Positions 1 to 8,863 of a stretch of DNA of 39,297 nt are shown here, one piece after another. The number at the start of each line of letters is the position of its first letter. The stretch's first letter is position 1. This DNA comes from an uncultured Clostridium sp. GTDB taxonomy: Bacteria > Bacillota > Clostridia > Christensenellales > CAG-138. A program made the translations under genes and the position numbers. The DNA is taken from NCBI GenBank assembly GCA_964414925.1, contig CAYPXV010000003.1, positions 1 through 39,297 of the forward strand. Direction: 5' to 3'. The notes under the pieces were generated by a model, which searched no databases, was not told the DNA's origin, and worked only from the letters and a program-made list of their open reading frames with translations.

Positions 1-35
1 ATTTCAATACTCCTTTCCACTGCTGATATGTTTTG

Positions 36-64
36 ATTATACTCCGAACATATTAATAAGTCAA
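36..64 (-). promoter_or_regulatory. SigA-type promoter for a gene starting at or beyond the left window edge
   Basis: The reverse complement of 36-64 reads TTGACT-17 nt-TATAAT. Downstream on the minus strand a GAAAGGAG Shine-Dalgarno (17..10) sits 7 nt before 'AT' at positions 2..1, so the start codon is cut by the window edge. Confidence 0.45.
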
Positions 65-77
65 ATAAATTTGCAAA

Positions 78-1112
78 TTATTCATTATTACTGCTTGGCG
101 AATCGGCATTTGCCGCTACATAATTCGCTATCTGTCCCGTAACATCTCCGAGCATCAGAAGTCTTGCCTGATTTACAGCAGAACTTATTGCTTTTGCATT
201 GCTGCTTCCGTGAGCTTTGATGACACCGCTGCGTATTCCCAAAAGGGGTGCGCCGCCGTATTCCGAATAATCCATTTTTTTCTTTAAGTTGGCAAATGCG
301 GACTTACTCATCATTGCCCCGAATTTCGAAAGCGTTGAACCCTTAAGCTCGGTTTTCAACATCGTGAGCAGTGCGTGTATCGTTCCCTCCATGGATTTTA
401 ATACGGCATTACCGACGAAACCGTCACATACGACAACATCAAAATCTCCGCTCATTACTTCTCTTGCTTCGCAGTTGCCGACAAAATTGATGCCTTTATC
501 ATTGTTCAAGAGTGTGTATACAGCCTTTGTCAACTCGTTGCCTTTGCCCGGCTCGATTCCGTTATTTATCAAACCAACTTTAGGATTTTTTATACCTACG
601 ACCTTTTCCATGTATGCCGAACCCATATGGGCAAATTGGTGAAGATATTCACTCTTGCAATCGGCATTGGCACCGCAGTCGATAAGCATAACAGGTCCTT
701 TTAACGTCGGAAGCAACGGTGCAAGTGCGGGACGTAATATGCCTTGGATGCGCTTTATAATCAGCGTTGCACCGGCGAGTATCGCTCCCGAATTTCCCGC
801 AGAAATAAAACAATCCGCTTCGCCGTTTGCTACCAGGTACAGTGCTTTTACAAGTGAACTGTCCTTCTTTTTCTTTATAGCCACGGTGGGCTGTTCGTCA
901 CATGTGATTACATCAGGTGCATGGCAAAGAGTTATTCTCGAACTTAATGCGTTGTAATCATTCTTCCTTTTGTTAAGCTCCGAAGTTATTATTTCAACAT
1001 CGCCGGTCAAAATGACCTCAAAATCATCATGCGCAAGCATTGAATCAAGCACACCGTCTATTATGCAGCCGGGTGCATTGTCTCCGCCAAATGCATCAAT
1101 CGCAAATTTCAT
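78..1112 (-). CDS. plsX: Phosphate acyltransferase PlsX
   Basis: Full-length PlsX-like translation starting MKFAIDAFGGDNAP. A GGAGG RBS lies just upstream of the ATG at 1112. The ORF-track extension to 1274 is AT-rich promoter DNA read as hydrophobic junk. Confidence 0.9.
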   Translation of the reverse strand: MKFAIDAFGGDNAPGCIIDGVLDSMLAHDDFEVILTGDVEIITSELNKRKNDYNALSSRITLCHAPDVITCDEQPTVAIKKKKDSSLVKALYLVANGEADCFISAGNSGAILAGATLIIKRIQGILRPALAPLLPTLKGPVMLIDCGANADCKSEYLHQFAHMGSAYMEKVVGIKNPKVGLINNGIEPGKGNELTKAVYTLLNNDKGINFVGNCEAREVMSGDFDVVVCDGFVGNAVLKSMEGTIHALLTMLKTELKGSTLSKFGAMMSKSAFANLKKKMDYSEYGGAPLLGIRSGVIKAHGSSNAKAISSAVNQARLLMLGDVTGQIANYVAANADSPSSNNE

Positions 1113-1182
1113 GTTTCCTCCTGTTGTTTGCTCGATAAGATAAAATAAAAGAATAAAATGAATTGATGGAGCAAACAGCGTA

Positions 1183-1211
1183 ATTATAAGGCATTTTAAA
1201 AAAAATATCAA
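1183..1211 (-). promoter_or_regulatory. Candidate plsX promoter (TTGATA-17-TATAAT on the minus strand)
   Basis: Hexamers read directly from the reverse complement, about 70 nt upstream of the plsX start. Confidence 0.35.
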
Positions 1212-1267
1212 TAAAAAGTTGAAGAACGGAACAACGCAAATATATTTAAAATAAATCGATAAAATCA

Positions 1268-1295
1268 TTGACAAATCAAAAAAAACGGTTATAAT
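1268..1295 (+). promoter_or_regulatory. Candidate promoter of the ylxM-ffh operon (TTGACA-16-TATAAT)
   Basis: Consensus -35 at 1268-1273 and consensus -10 at 1290-1295, in the divergent plsX/ylxM intergenic region. Confidence 0.5.
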
Positions 1296-1353
1296 ACAGA
1301 AGTCGAGTGTAAAGCTGTTCTACTTTACAGACAGAGGAGGCAGAACTTCCACT

Positions 1354-1689
1354 ATGCAGGAAAAGTCGGAATTGAGTATTCTTCTTGATTATTACGGTTC
1401 TCTTTTAACAAAGACCAGACTTGAAATTCTTACGCTGAGCATTGACGAGGACTTTTCTCTTGCCGAGATTGCCGAAATGAAGAACATTTCCAGGCAGGGA
1501 GTCCGAGATGCGATATGTCGTGCGGAAGCATCGTTGTACGATATGGAAGACAAACTCGGGTTTGTTAAGCGTGATATGCAGATTTCACGGTTGATCGCCG
1601 AATTGACCGCAAAACTGGAAGAAAATAATCTTGCCGATGATTCGATAAAAGAAACTGTAAAAAACCTAAAAAAGATGATGGAGGGTTGA
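1354..1689 (+). CDS. ylxM: YlxM/UPF0122 family putative helix-turn-helix protein (SRP operon companion)
   Basis: 111 aa with a sigma-70 region-4-like HTH (SLAEIAEMKNISRQGVRDAI). It sits directly upstream of ffh, as in Bacillus. Its N-terminus aligns with B. subtilis YlxM. Confidence 0.85.
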   Translation: MQEKSELSILLDYYGSLLTKTRLEILTLSIDEDFSLAEIAEMKNISRQGVRDAICRAEASLYDMEDKLGFVKRDMQISRLIAELTAKLEENNLADDSIKETVKNLKKMMEG

Positions 1690-1690
1690 A

Positions 1691-3037
1691 ATGGCATTTG
1701 AAGGACTTTCGTCAAAGCTTCAAAGTATTTTTAAAAAACTTGGCAATCGCGGAAAGCTTACCGAAAAAGAAGTTAAAGAGGTAATGAGGGAAGTCAAGCT
1801 TGCCTTGTTGGAAGCGGATGTCAATTTTTCGGTTGTAAAATCCTTCATAAATAATGTTTCTCAAAGAGCCGTAGGTGCGGAGGTGCTCGAGAGCCTTACC
1901 CCGTCTCAACAGATAATAAAAATCGTTAATGCGGAATTGATAGAACTCATGGGCGGTTCGGTCGAGAAAATTAATTTCGGACCAAGAAAGCCTTCGGTTA
2001 TACTTCTTGCGGGCTTGCAGGGAGCGGGTAAAACCACCATGGCAGGAAAACTTGCTGCGTTTTTAGCCAAAACACAAGGCAAGAAACCGCTGCTTGTAGC
2101 ATGTGATATCTATCGCCCGGCTGCGATTAAACAGCTTCAGATAGTAGGCGAGAGGGCAGGAGTGCCGGTGTTCGAAAAGGGAACCCAAAATCCCGTTCAA
2201 ACAGCCAAAGAAGCAATTGCTTACGCCGAGTATCATTTTTTGGATTTGGTAATTATCGATACCGCAGGACGACTTCATATTGATGAAAATATGATGGAGG
2301 AAATTACCGCCATAAAGGAGCAAGTCAACCCTTCCGAAATTCTTTTGGTTGTTGACTCAATGACGGGTCAGGATGCCGTAAACGTTGCTAAGAGCTTTAA
2401 CGAAAAACTTGAACTGACAGGTGTTATCCTAACCAAGCTTGATGGTGATACAAGAGGCGGTGCAGCACTCAGCGTTCGTTCGGTAACGGGAAAACCGATA
2501 AAGATCTCGGGCACAGGCGAAAAACTCACCGATGTAGAACTGTTCCATCCGGATAGAATGGCGTCGAGAATCCTCGGTATGGGTGATGTCTTAACGCTTA
2601 TCGAAAAGGCAGAGCAGGCATACGATGAGAAACAAGCCGAGGAGCTGGCAAGAAAGCTTACAGGTGACGAATTTACCCTTGAAGATTTCTTGGAACAACT
2701 TCAACAGGTAAAAAAGATGGGTTCATTTGACGAACTGCTTGCAATGATGCCGGGAATGAATACGGCTCAAATGAAGAACGTCGAGATTGACCCTAAAGCA
2801 AGCGCAAGCGTTGAGGCCATTATTCGTTCCATGACCCCGAAGGAACGACGTAAACCCGAAATTCTCAATGCAAGTAGGAAAAAACGAATCGCTGCCGGTA
2901 GCGGTACGAGCGTTCAACAGGTTAACAGATTGCTAAAGCAGTTTGAACAAACACGTCAGCTTATGAAACAGTTTACGGGTAAAGGAAAAAAACGTTTCGG
3001 GAAAAAGGGCTTTGGCGGCCTGTTCGGCATGAGATGA
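1691..3037 (+). CDS. ffh: Signal recognition particle protein Ffh
   Basis: SRP54-type GTPase motifs GLQGAGKTT, DTAGR and TKLDGD, plus a Met-rich M domain and a basic C-terminal tail. GGAGGG RBS. Confidence 0.97.
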   Translation: MAFEGLSSKLQSIFKKLGNRGKLTEKEVKEVMREVKLALLEADVNFSVVKSFINNVSQRAVGAEVLESLTPSQQIIKIVNAELIELMGGSVEKINFGPRKPSVILLAGLQGAGKTTMAGKLAAFLAKTQGKKPLLVACDIYRPAAIKQLQIVGERAGVPVFEKGTQNPVQTAKEAIAYAEYHFLDLVIIDTAGRLHIDENMMEEITAIKEQVNPSEILLVVDSMTGQDAVNVAKSFNEKLELTGVILTKLDGDTRGGAALSVRSVTGKPIKISGTGEKLTDVELFHPDRMASRILGMGDVLTLIEKAEQAYDEKQAEELARKLTGDEFTLEDFLEQLQQVKKMGSFDELLAMMPGMNTAQMKNVEIDPKASASVEAIIRSMTPKERRKPEILNASRKKRIAAGSGTSVQQVNRLLKQFEQTRQLMKQFTGKGKKRFGKKGFGGLFGMR

Positions 3038-3115
3038 TGCAAAGCCACAGGATAAACCAATACAGCCTTACTTGAGGCTTTTGGATATAGTTTAATTTAC
3101 CAGGAGGAATTATTT

Positions 3116-3358
3116 ATGCTTAAAATCAGACTTCGCAGAATGGGTGCAAAGAAGGCTCCTTTCTACAGAATCGTTGTTGCTGACTCACGCGCACCCCGTG
3201 ACGGTGCTTTTGTTGAGGAAATCGGATATTACAATCCCCTGACAGAACCGGAACAGGTTGTCGTTGACAGCGAGAAAGCAAGACAGTGGATAAAGAACGG
3301 TGCTCAGCCCACCGAGACTGTACGTGGTCTTTTCAAAAAGAACGGCGTTATTGAGTAA
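3116..3358 (+). CDS. rpsP: 30S ribosomal protein S16
   Basis: [25 protein letters not shown] is a canonical S16 N-terminus. AGGAGG RBS. Confidence 0.97.
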   Translation: MLKIRLRRMGAKKAPFYRIVVADSRAPRDGAFVEEIGYYNPLTEPEQVVVDSEKARQWIKNGAQPTETVRGLFKKNGVIE

Positions 3359-3621
3359 TGGAAGAAACTTTAAAACAGGTATCGATTGAAGATATGGTTA
3401 CTTTGACCGAATACATCGCAAAGAACCTTGTCGAAAATACCGATGAAGTAAAGATTAATCTTAAAGAAGACGATGAGACTGTAACGCTTGAGCTTTCGGT
3501 AGCTAAAGAGGATATGGGTAAGGTCATAGGTAAACAGGGTAGAATTGCAAAAGCAATACGTACCGTTGTCAGGGCTGCATCCATTCATAGCGAAAAGAAA
3601 GTTCTTGTCGAAATAGTATGA
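3358..3621 (+). CDS. KH-domain RNA-binding protein (YlqC-like)
   Basis: KH GXXG loop (VIGKQGRIAKAIR). The TAATG overlaps the rpsP stop. Conserved position between rpsP and rimM. Confidence 0.85.
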   Translation: MEETLKQVSIEDMVTLTEYIAKNLVENTDEVKINLKEDDETVTLELSVAKEDMGKVIGKQGRIAKAIRTVVRAASIHSEKKVLVEIV

Positions 3622-4151
3622 TGACGGATTATTTCCGCATAGGGCTTTTTGTTCGTCCGCACGGTGTCAAAGGTGAGCTGAAGATGCTTTCGCTTACGGA
3701 TGACCCCAAGAGATTTTCAAAGCTTCGTGATGCTTTTATAGAAACCGCCGACAACAGCTATAGACCCGTTAAAGTTCAAAGTGCAAAAGTTATCGGTGAT
3801 GGTTTTGTTATCGTTGCAATAGATGGCATCACTTCTATGGACGAAGCAGAGGCAATGCGAAATAAGTATCTGTGTGTAGACAGAGCTCATGCCGTTAAAT
3901 TACCCGAGGGTAGTTATTTCGTTAAGGATTTAATCGGTTGTTCCGTGAGTGGCAGTGACGGAGTTCTAATCGGAACGTTTGACGATTTTTATGAAACAAA
4001 CGCAAATGATGTCTATGTCGTCAAATGCGTTGACGGATCGAAATTGTCATTTCCCGCACTGAAAAAACTGCTGGTTTCGGTTGATATTGAGAATAAATGT
4101 ATTGTCGTTGATTCTCAAGTGCTTTTGGAGGTTGGTCTCATTGAGAATTGA
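3618..4151 (+). CDS. rimM: 16S rRNA processing protein RimM
   Basis: RimM-like N-terminus (IGLFVRPHGVKGELK) with a PRC barrel C-terminal part. The ATGATGA overlaps the upstream stop. Confidence 0.9.
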   Translation: MMTDYFRIGLFVRPHGVKGELKMLSLTDDPKRFSKLRDAFIETADNSYRPVKVQSAKVIGDGFVIVAIDGITSMDEAEAMRNKYLCVDRAHAVKLPEGSYFVKDLIGCSVSGSDGVLIGTFDDFYETNANDVYVVKCVDGSKLSFPALKKLLVSVDIENKCIVVDSQVLLEVGLIEN

Positions 4152-4878
4152 TATTCTGACCATATTCCCCGAGATGTTCGACAGTGTTCTTTCAACGAGC
4201 ATGATCGGTCGAGCGGCAGCAAAGGGAATTATTGAGTTTCATGTTCATAACATAAGGGATTACTCCGAAAATAAACATCGCAATACCGATGATTATCCGT
4301 TCGGTGGCGGTGCAGGCATGGTTATGATGGCTCAGCCGATATTCGACTGCGTGGAAGACGTTGATAAGCAGTGTAATACGGATTCAAAAGTGCGTCATAT
4401 TGTTATGACACCGAGAGGAAGAACACTGACACCCGAAATTGCAATGGAATTGGCGCAAGAGGACAACTTAGTAATTCTTGCCGGTCATTATGAAGGCATA
4501 GATGAGCGTGTCATGGAGCTGATGGATGATGAAATTTCGATCGGTGATTACATACTGACCGGCGGCGAACTTCCCGCAATGGTGCTGATTGATTGCCTTT
4601 CAAGGTTCATTCCGGGTGTATTGGGGAGCAGTGAGTCCGCTAAAGACGAAAGCTTTTCGGATTCGGGTTTGCTCGAATATCCGCAGTACACCAGACCATC
4701 CGTTTTTCGAGGTCGTGAGGTCCCGCAAGTCCTGCTTGGCGGAAATCATGCCGAAATATTGAAATGGCGCAGACAGCAGGCTCTTATTAAAACAAAGTTC
4801 ATGCGCCCCGATTTAATCGATGAATCCAAATTGTCAAGCCGTGATATTGAATTTTTAACCGGCTTGGAGGAGCAGTAG
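4141..4878 (+). CDS. trmD: tRNA (guanine37-N1)-methyltransferase TrmD
   Basis: The TTG start at 4141 gives (M)RIDILTIFPEMF, the canonical TrmD N-terminus, with GGAGG 10 nt upstream. It overlaps the rimM stop. The ORF-track start at 4081 lies inside rimM. Confidence 0.93.
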   Translation: MRIDILTIFPEMFDSVLSTSMIGRAAAKGIIEFHVHNIRDYSENKHRNTDDYPFGGGAGMVMMAQPIFDCVEDVDKQCNTDSKVRHIVMTPRGRTLTPEIAMELAQEDNLVILAGHYEGIDERVMELMDDEISIGDYILTGGELPAMVLIDCLSRFIPGVLGSSESAKDESFSDSGLLEYPQYTRPSVFRGREVPQVLLGGNHAEILKWRRQQALIKTKFMRPDLIDESKLSSRDIEFLTGLEEQ

Positions 4879-4908
4879 GGTATCTTAATAAATTTTTTTA
4901 TTTGATAC

Positions 4909-4937
4909 TTGCAAAAAAAATATAGTTGTGCTATAAT
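4909..4937 (+). promoter_or_regulatory. Candidate rplS promoter (TTGCAA-17-TGcTATAAT, extended -10)
   Basis: Hexamers read directly. It is followed by a leader of about 70 nt before the rplS RBS. Confidence 0.5.
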
Positions 4938-5006
4938 TAAATAGTTATTTGGGCGGTCCAATGATTGTTATGAAGCAGTTATGAACGTCTGTAAAAGGAG
5001 TTAAAT

Positions 5007-5360
5007 ATGTCTGAAATTATTAGAGAGCTCGAGAAAGAGCAACTTCGTACCGATCTTCCCAAGTTGGAGATAGGTGATACCGTCCGTGTCTTTGTTAAAG
5101 TTGTTGAAGGCAACCATGAAAGACTTCAGAATTTTGAAGGTATCGTTATTAAAATGCAGGGCGGCGGAATCCGCAAGTCTTTCACCGTTCGTCGTATAAG
5201 CTATGGTATCGGCGTTGAAAGAACCTTCCCGTACAATAGCCCGCGCATCGGCAGAATCGAAGTCGTTCGCCACGGTGTTGTTCGCAGAGCTAAGCTTTAT
5301 TACCTCCGTGAGAGAACGGGTAAAGCTGCAAAGATCAAAGAACGTATCGTTAAAAAGTAA
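5007..5360 (+). CDS. rplS: 50S ribosomal protein L19
   Basis: Canonical L19 sequence ([12 protein letters not shown]...RRAKLYYLR). AAGGAG RBS. Confidence 0.97.
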   Translation: MSEIIRELEKEQLRTDLPKLEIGDTVRVFVKVVEGNHERLQNFEGIVIKMQGGGIRKSFTVRRISYGIGVERTFPYNSPRIGRIEVVRHGVVRRAKLYYLRERTGKAAKIKERIVKK

Positions 5361-5380
5361 TTTTAATTACAACCAAAATG

Positions 5381-5416
5381 CTCTCCCGGCATGTCCTGTT
5401 TGGGAGAGTTTTTTTA
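5381..5416 (+). terminator. Intrinsic terminator after rplS
   Basis: CTCTCCC (5381-5387) pairs with GGGAGAG (5402-5408), followed by T7. Confidence 0.8.
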
Positions 5417-5434
5417 AATGTTATAGGTGGTTTT

Positions 5435-6307
5435 ATGCAAACAATAAATTGGTATCCCGGTCATATGGCTAAAGCAAAGCGTATGCTGGAAGATAATGTT
5501 AAGCTTGTCGATATGGTCATTGAAATCGTTGACGCTCGTGCGCCGTTGGCATGCAGAAATCCCGATTTCGATGCAATTTTCTCAAATAAACTCCGCTTCG
5601 TTGTGCTTAATAAGAGTGATCTTTCATCAAAAGCTCAAAATAAAGAATGGATTGATTATTTCAAAAAAGAAGGTATTTCAGCCATTGAACTTGTTTCAAC
5701 AAATGCCTCAATGCGAAAAGGTGCAATTTCTTTCATTGAACGTACAGGTTCGGACATCATTAAAAAATATAAGGATAAGGGCATTAATAAGGTTCTGCGT
5801 GCTATGGTTGTCGGTGTCCCTAACGTCGGAAAGTCAACTTTTATTAATAAGATTGCAGGAACATCAAAGGCGCAGGTGGGCGATAGACCCGGTGTTACCA
5901 GAAGTAAACAGTGGGTTAGAATATCCGATTATCTGGAACTTTTGGATACTCCGGGTTTGCTTTGGGGTAAACTCGATAATGAAATCTTTGCGAAACATTT
6001 GGCTTATATTGGCTCAATAAGGGACGATATTCTGGATGTTGAGGAATTGGCTGCATTGCTTCTTTTTGACCTTATGAAGATTTGCCCCAATGATTTAATA
6101 GCACGTTACAAAAAACTCTCGCAATCAATGGAAGCTCCCGAGGAACTTCTCGAAGGAGTATGCCGCAGCAGAGGATTCATACTTTCGGGCGGTGTTTTTG
6201 ATACCGAAAGAGCTTCAAGAATTGTCTTGGACGAATTCAGAGCGGGTAAAATTGCTTCCGTCGGTTTGGAAAATGTAAGCGATAATTTTGACCCTGTGAG
6301 CGATTGA
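5435..6307 (+). CDS. rbgA: Ribosome biogenesis GTPase A (YlqF/RbgA, circularly permuted GTPase)
   Basis: Starts MQTINWYPGHMAKA. The G4 motif NKSDL precedes G1 GVPNVGKST and G3 DTPG, a permuted order. AGGTGG RBS. The ORF-track start at 5378 overlaps the rplS terminator. Confidence 0.9.
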   Translation: MQTINWYPGHMAKAKRMLEDNVKLVDMVIEIVDARAPLACRNPDFDAIFSNKLRFVVLNKSDLSSKAQNKEWIDYFKKEGISAIELVSTNASMRKGAISFIERTGSDIIKKYKDKGINKVLRAMVVGVPNVGKSTFINKIAGTSKAQVGDRPGVTRSKQWVRISDYLELLDTPGLLWGKLDNEIFAKHLAYIGSIRDDILDVEELAALLLFDLMKICPNDLIARYKKLSQSMEAPEELLEGVCRSRGFILSGGVFDTERASRIVLDEFRAGKIASVGLENVSDNFDPVSD

Positions 6308-6311
6308 ACTT

Positions 6312-6950
6312 ATGAAAAAAAACGAATTGAAACTAAGCGAAGAACAGCGACTTATCCAAATGACACAGTATGAAAGTGAGTTTTGGAATAAGGGACTGTT
6401 TGTCGCAGGCATGGATGAAGTCGGACGAGGACCTCTTGCAGGTCCCGTTGTTGCGGCATGCGTTGTTATGCCGAAAGATAACTTAATATGCGGCATAAAT
6501 GATTCCAAAAAAGTCTCGGAAAAGAAGCGTAATACTCTATTCGATTCCATTACGGATAAGGCTGTTGCATACGGTTTCGGATGGAGCTGGCAGGATAAAA
6601 TCGATAAGATTAATATCTTGGAAGCAACTAAGCTTGCTTTTGCTCAATCTTACGATAACATGATGTTTTCGTGTGACGCAGTGCTTGTTGACGCTGTGAA
6701 AGGACTAAACATTAATGTAAAGCAATATCCGATTATTCACGGGGATGCTTTGAGCTATTCCATTGCCGCAGCCAGTATCCTTGCCAAAGTCAAAAGAGAC
6801 AATTACATGATAGAACAAGCTAAAAACTATCCGCAATACGGTTTTGAGAAGAACAAGGGATACGGAACCAAGCAGCATATAGAGGCAATAAAGCAGTACG
6901 GCTTATGTCCTCTGCATAGATTGACGTTCGTAAAGAATTTTATCAGTTGA
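6312..6950 (+). CDS. rnhB: Ribonuclease HII
   Basis: GMDEVGRGPLAGPVV active-site motif, plus DSKK and an RNase HII C-terminal part. Confidence 0.92.
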   Translation: MKKNELKLSEEQRLIQMTQYESEFWNKGLFVAGMDEVGRGPLAGPVVAACVVMPKDNLICGINDSKKVSEKKRNTLFDSITDKAVAYGFGWSWQDKIDKINILEATKLAFAQSYDNMMFSCDAVLVDAVKGLNINVKQYPIIHGDALSYSIAAASILAKVKRDNYMIEQAKNYPQYGFEKNKGYGTKQHIEAIKQYGLCPLHRLTFVKNFIS

Positions 6951-6951
6951 T

Positions 6952-7332
6952 ATGGGAAATCTTAAAATAAATAGGGGAAGTAACACCCAAAAGGACGGCT
7001 TTAAGGCAGAGACAATGGTTAAATGGTATCTTTTCTTCCGAGGCTATAGGCTTTTGGAAAAGAATTATACCGTCGGACATAAGGAAATCGATTTGATAAT
7101 GAGAAAAAAGGATACAATTTTCTTTATTGAAGTCAAAGGTAGAAGAAAAATTGATGAAAGATTTCCGCCTAGGATGAGTGTAGACAGAAGAAAACAATTG
7201 AATATAATTGCAGCTGCTAAGATCTATCTGGCAAAAAATAAATTGAGGCGTGTTTATGTAAGCTTTGATGTTGCCGAAGTGGATTTGGATAAGAAACGGA
7301 TTATTTATATTGAAAATGCCTTTACGGAGTAA
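6952..7332 (+). CDS. YraN family (UPF0102) endonuclease-like protein
   Basis: The pattern G...AE...YL...GY.LL.KNY..GHKEIDLI....FIEVKGR is typical of UPF0102. Conserved position after rnhB. Confidence 0.85.
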   Translation: MGNLKINRGSNTQKDGFKAETMVKWYLFFRGYRLLEKNYTVGHKEIDLIMRKKDTIFFIEVKGRRKIDERFPPRMSVDRRKQLNIIAAAKIYLAKNKLRRVYVSFDVAEVDLDKKRIIYIENAFTE

Positions 7333-7416
7333 GATGATAATTGCTTTTAAATTCGACACTTAATCAAATCAAACTTTTAGTCGATTATCTGTGCGTAGAA
7401 TAAGATAAATATTGTC

Positions 7417-7445
7417 TTGACACGAATTTTGTATTGTGCTATACT
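7417..7445 (+). promoter_or_regulatory. Promoter of the riboswitch-controlled locus (TTGACA-17-TGcTATACT)
   Basis: Consensus -35 and an extended -10, read directly. The predicted TSS of about 7452 is the 5' end of the riboswitch. Confidence 0.6.
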
Positions 7446-7451
7446 TGCGCT

Positions 7452-7680
7452 GTAACGAAGGAACGGTTGCCGTGCGATTTTTCGTAGGCTTAAAAGGGAA
7501 TGCGGTTAAAGGCCGCAGCAGTCCCCGCTACTGTATCCGGTGACGAAATTGCTATAACCACTTCGCTTTATGCGTGGGAAGGTGCATTGAGTAGATTGAC
7601 CCGGGAGCCAGGAGACCTGCCGTACTTTCGCAATGGTGGTTCTCGGGAGATAGGCGACCTAAGGTGTGCATAGTGATACG
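7452..7680 (+). promoter_or_regulatory. Cobalamin (B12) riboswitch aptamer
   Basis: The conserved core AAAAGGGAAtGCGGTtAAaGgCCGCaGCaGtCCCCGCtACTGT lies at 7492-7534. The B12 box AGCCAGGAGACCTGCC lies at 7606-7621. Both match the Rfam RF00174 consensus from memory. Confidence 0.9.
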
Positions 7681-7709
7681 AGAACTGCATTTTATGCAGT
7701 TCTTTTTGT
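7681..7709 (+). terminator. Riboswitch expression-platform terminator
   Basis: AGAACTGCA (7681-7689) pairs with TGCAGTTCT (7695-7703), followed by TTTTTGTT. Confidence 0.8.
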
Positions 7710-7783
7710 TGCGTCTTTTTCCGCTTGCTTCCGACACCGTGTGATTGCAGTCACAAATAATTTTTGTTCGGAGGTTAAGCGAA

Positions 7784-8806
7784 ATGAAAAACTGCAAAAA
7801 ATTGATTGCGATTATTATGGTCGCAGCACTTATGTTGTCCTGTGTCGCTGCTATGGCGCAGGTTGTACCGACGTATCCCGAAGTTCCCGACGGATATGAC
7901 GGATTCGTAACCATTTCGGTTTCGGCAGCCACCATAGGCTGGGGATACTTGGTTACACCGATGCTCGTTCCCGTACATAACGGAGAAAGCGTTGCACAAG
8001 CAACGGTTCGTCTGTTCGACACACTTAGTATCGGCTATATAGCGGGTTCCATGGAGAATTTCTATCTCAGCAATATTTCATGCCAGAATTGCGTGGACGG
8101 AGTTGCTCCCAATGTCCCGAGTTACTTAATGGAACAGCTTGAGCTGTACCCCGGTTGGGCAGAAGAAAATTACGGATACTCATATGGCGAATGGACAGGA
8201 ACCGAAAATGGAAACGGTATGTTGGGTGAAGGTGACTTCAGTGATTTCGCAGGCTGGATGATAGCGGAAAATAATGTTTCACTTCCCGTTGGTGCAGGTT
8301 CTTATTCCGTACAGGTAGGTTGTTCTTATCAGTGGGGATTTACCGTTTACGGATGGGGAATGGATCTCGGTTGGAGCAACGGTTGGGGTTCTTTCCCGAT
8401 ATTCGATAACCCCGCAGAAGGCGTTAACCGCTCCGAAGCTGAAAAAGCAGTTGCCATGATTTTATCGGATGAAACATTATCACCCAAAGTTGAAGAAGGT
8501 GGTGCGGCATATACCGAGTTCGCAAGCTTGAAATCCGCTCTTGAGATCATTTCTTCAAGTCAGGAACAGATAGACGACTGCCTTGCTCAATTATTGAATG
8601 CACTTGAAGACAACGCCTTGTTGCTCGGCGATGTTAACGGTGACGGTGCCGTTAATATGCAGGATGCACAATTGGTTTTGAGACATTCGATGGGCTTAAT
8701 GCAACTTTCTGACGAAGCACTTGCCGTCGCCGACGTTAACGCAGACGGAAACATCAACTCCGCAGATGCAACTCTTATTGTCAGAATTGCACTTGGTCTT
8801 GTTTGA
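7784..8806 (+). CDS. Secreted DUF4430-like protein with a C-terminal type I dockerin
   Basis: GGAGG RBS and a signal peptide MKNCKKLIAIIMVAALMLSCVAAMA/Q. The central region aligns by eye with the DUF4430 lipoprotein at 10207 (NGESVAQATVRLF vs EGESVYDVLVREC; AGWMIAENNVSLPVGAGSYSV...WGFTVYGWGMDLG vs SGWTYCVNSVFPNYGCSNYFL...FHYTCDLGRDVG). The C-terminus has two dockerin Ca-binding repeats, DVNGDGAVNMQDAQLVLR and DVNADGNINSADATLIVR. Confidence 0.8.
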   Translation: MKNCKKLIAIIMVAALMLSCVAAMAQVVPTYPEVPDGYDGFVTISVSAATIGWGYLVTPMLVPVHNGESVAQATVRLFDTLSIGYIAGSMENFYLSNISCQNCVDGVAPNVPSYLMEQLELYPGWAEENYGYSYGEWTGTENGNGMLGEGDFSDFAGWMIAENNVSLPVGAGSYSVQVGCSYQWGFTVYGWGMDLGWSNGWGSFPIFDNPAEGVNRSEAEKAVAMILSDETLSPKVEEGGAAYTEFASLKSALEIISSSQEQIDDCLAQLLNALEDNALLLGDVNGDGAVNMQDAQLVLRHSMGLMQLSDEALAVADVNADGNINSADATLIVRIALGLV

Positions 8807-8818
8807 TAAAAGTTTGTT

Positions 8819-8856
8819 CCTATGCGGTGAATTGCTTTCACTGCATAGGTTTTATT
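8819..8856 (+). terminator. Strong intrinsic terminator/attenuator hairpin inside the riboswitch-controlled locus
   Basis: A 13-bp stem (8819-8831 pairs with 8837-8849, one G-U) with loop TTGCT, followed by TTTTATTGTTT. Confidence 0.75.
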
Positions 8857-8863
8857 GTTTACT

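Noticed and set aside
1113-1274. A 54-aa hydrophobic N-terminal extension of the plsX ORF that could look like a membrane anchor or signal sequence.
   Set aside because: It is AT-rich promoter DNA read through. A GGAGG RBS and the canonical MKFAIDAFGGD start sit at 1112, and candidate divergent promoters lie within the extension.
3038-3115. A short hairpin (AGCCT...AGGCT followed by TTTT) between ffh and rpsP as a terminator.
   Set aside because: The stem is only 5-6 bp. It is too weak to call, and ffh-rpsP are usually co-transcribed.
4081-4140. An upstream ATG extension of trmD overlapping rimM by 70 nt.
   Set aside because: The canonical TrmD N-terminus (RIDILTIFPEMF) begins at the TTG at 4141 with a well-spaced GGAGG. 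The extension has no homology-like features.
4938-5006. A possible L19 (rplS) autoregulatory leader RNA between the promoter and rplS.
   Set aside because: The position fits the Rfam L19_leader known from Bacillus relatives, but I could not identify a convincing conserved stem-loop by eye. It needs a covariance-model search (RF00556) before being called.
5496-6020. A 174-aa alternative-frame ORF inside rbgA.
   Set aside because: It lies same-strand and out of frame within a clearly conserved GTPase gene. It has low-complexity composition and no RBS.
7552-8022. A 156-aa minus-strand ORF spanning the riboswitch and the start of the dockerin protein gene.
   Set aside because: It overlaps a structured RNA with conserved B12-box sequence and a well-supported plus-strand CDS. 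It has no RBS or recognisable motif.
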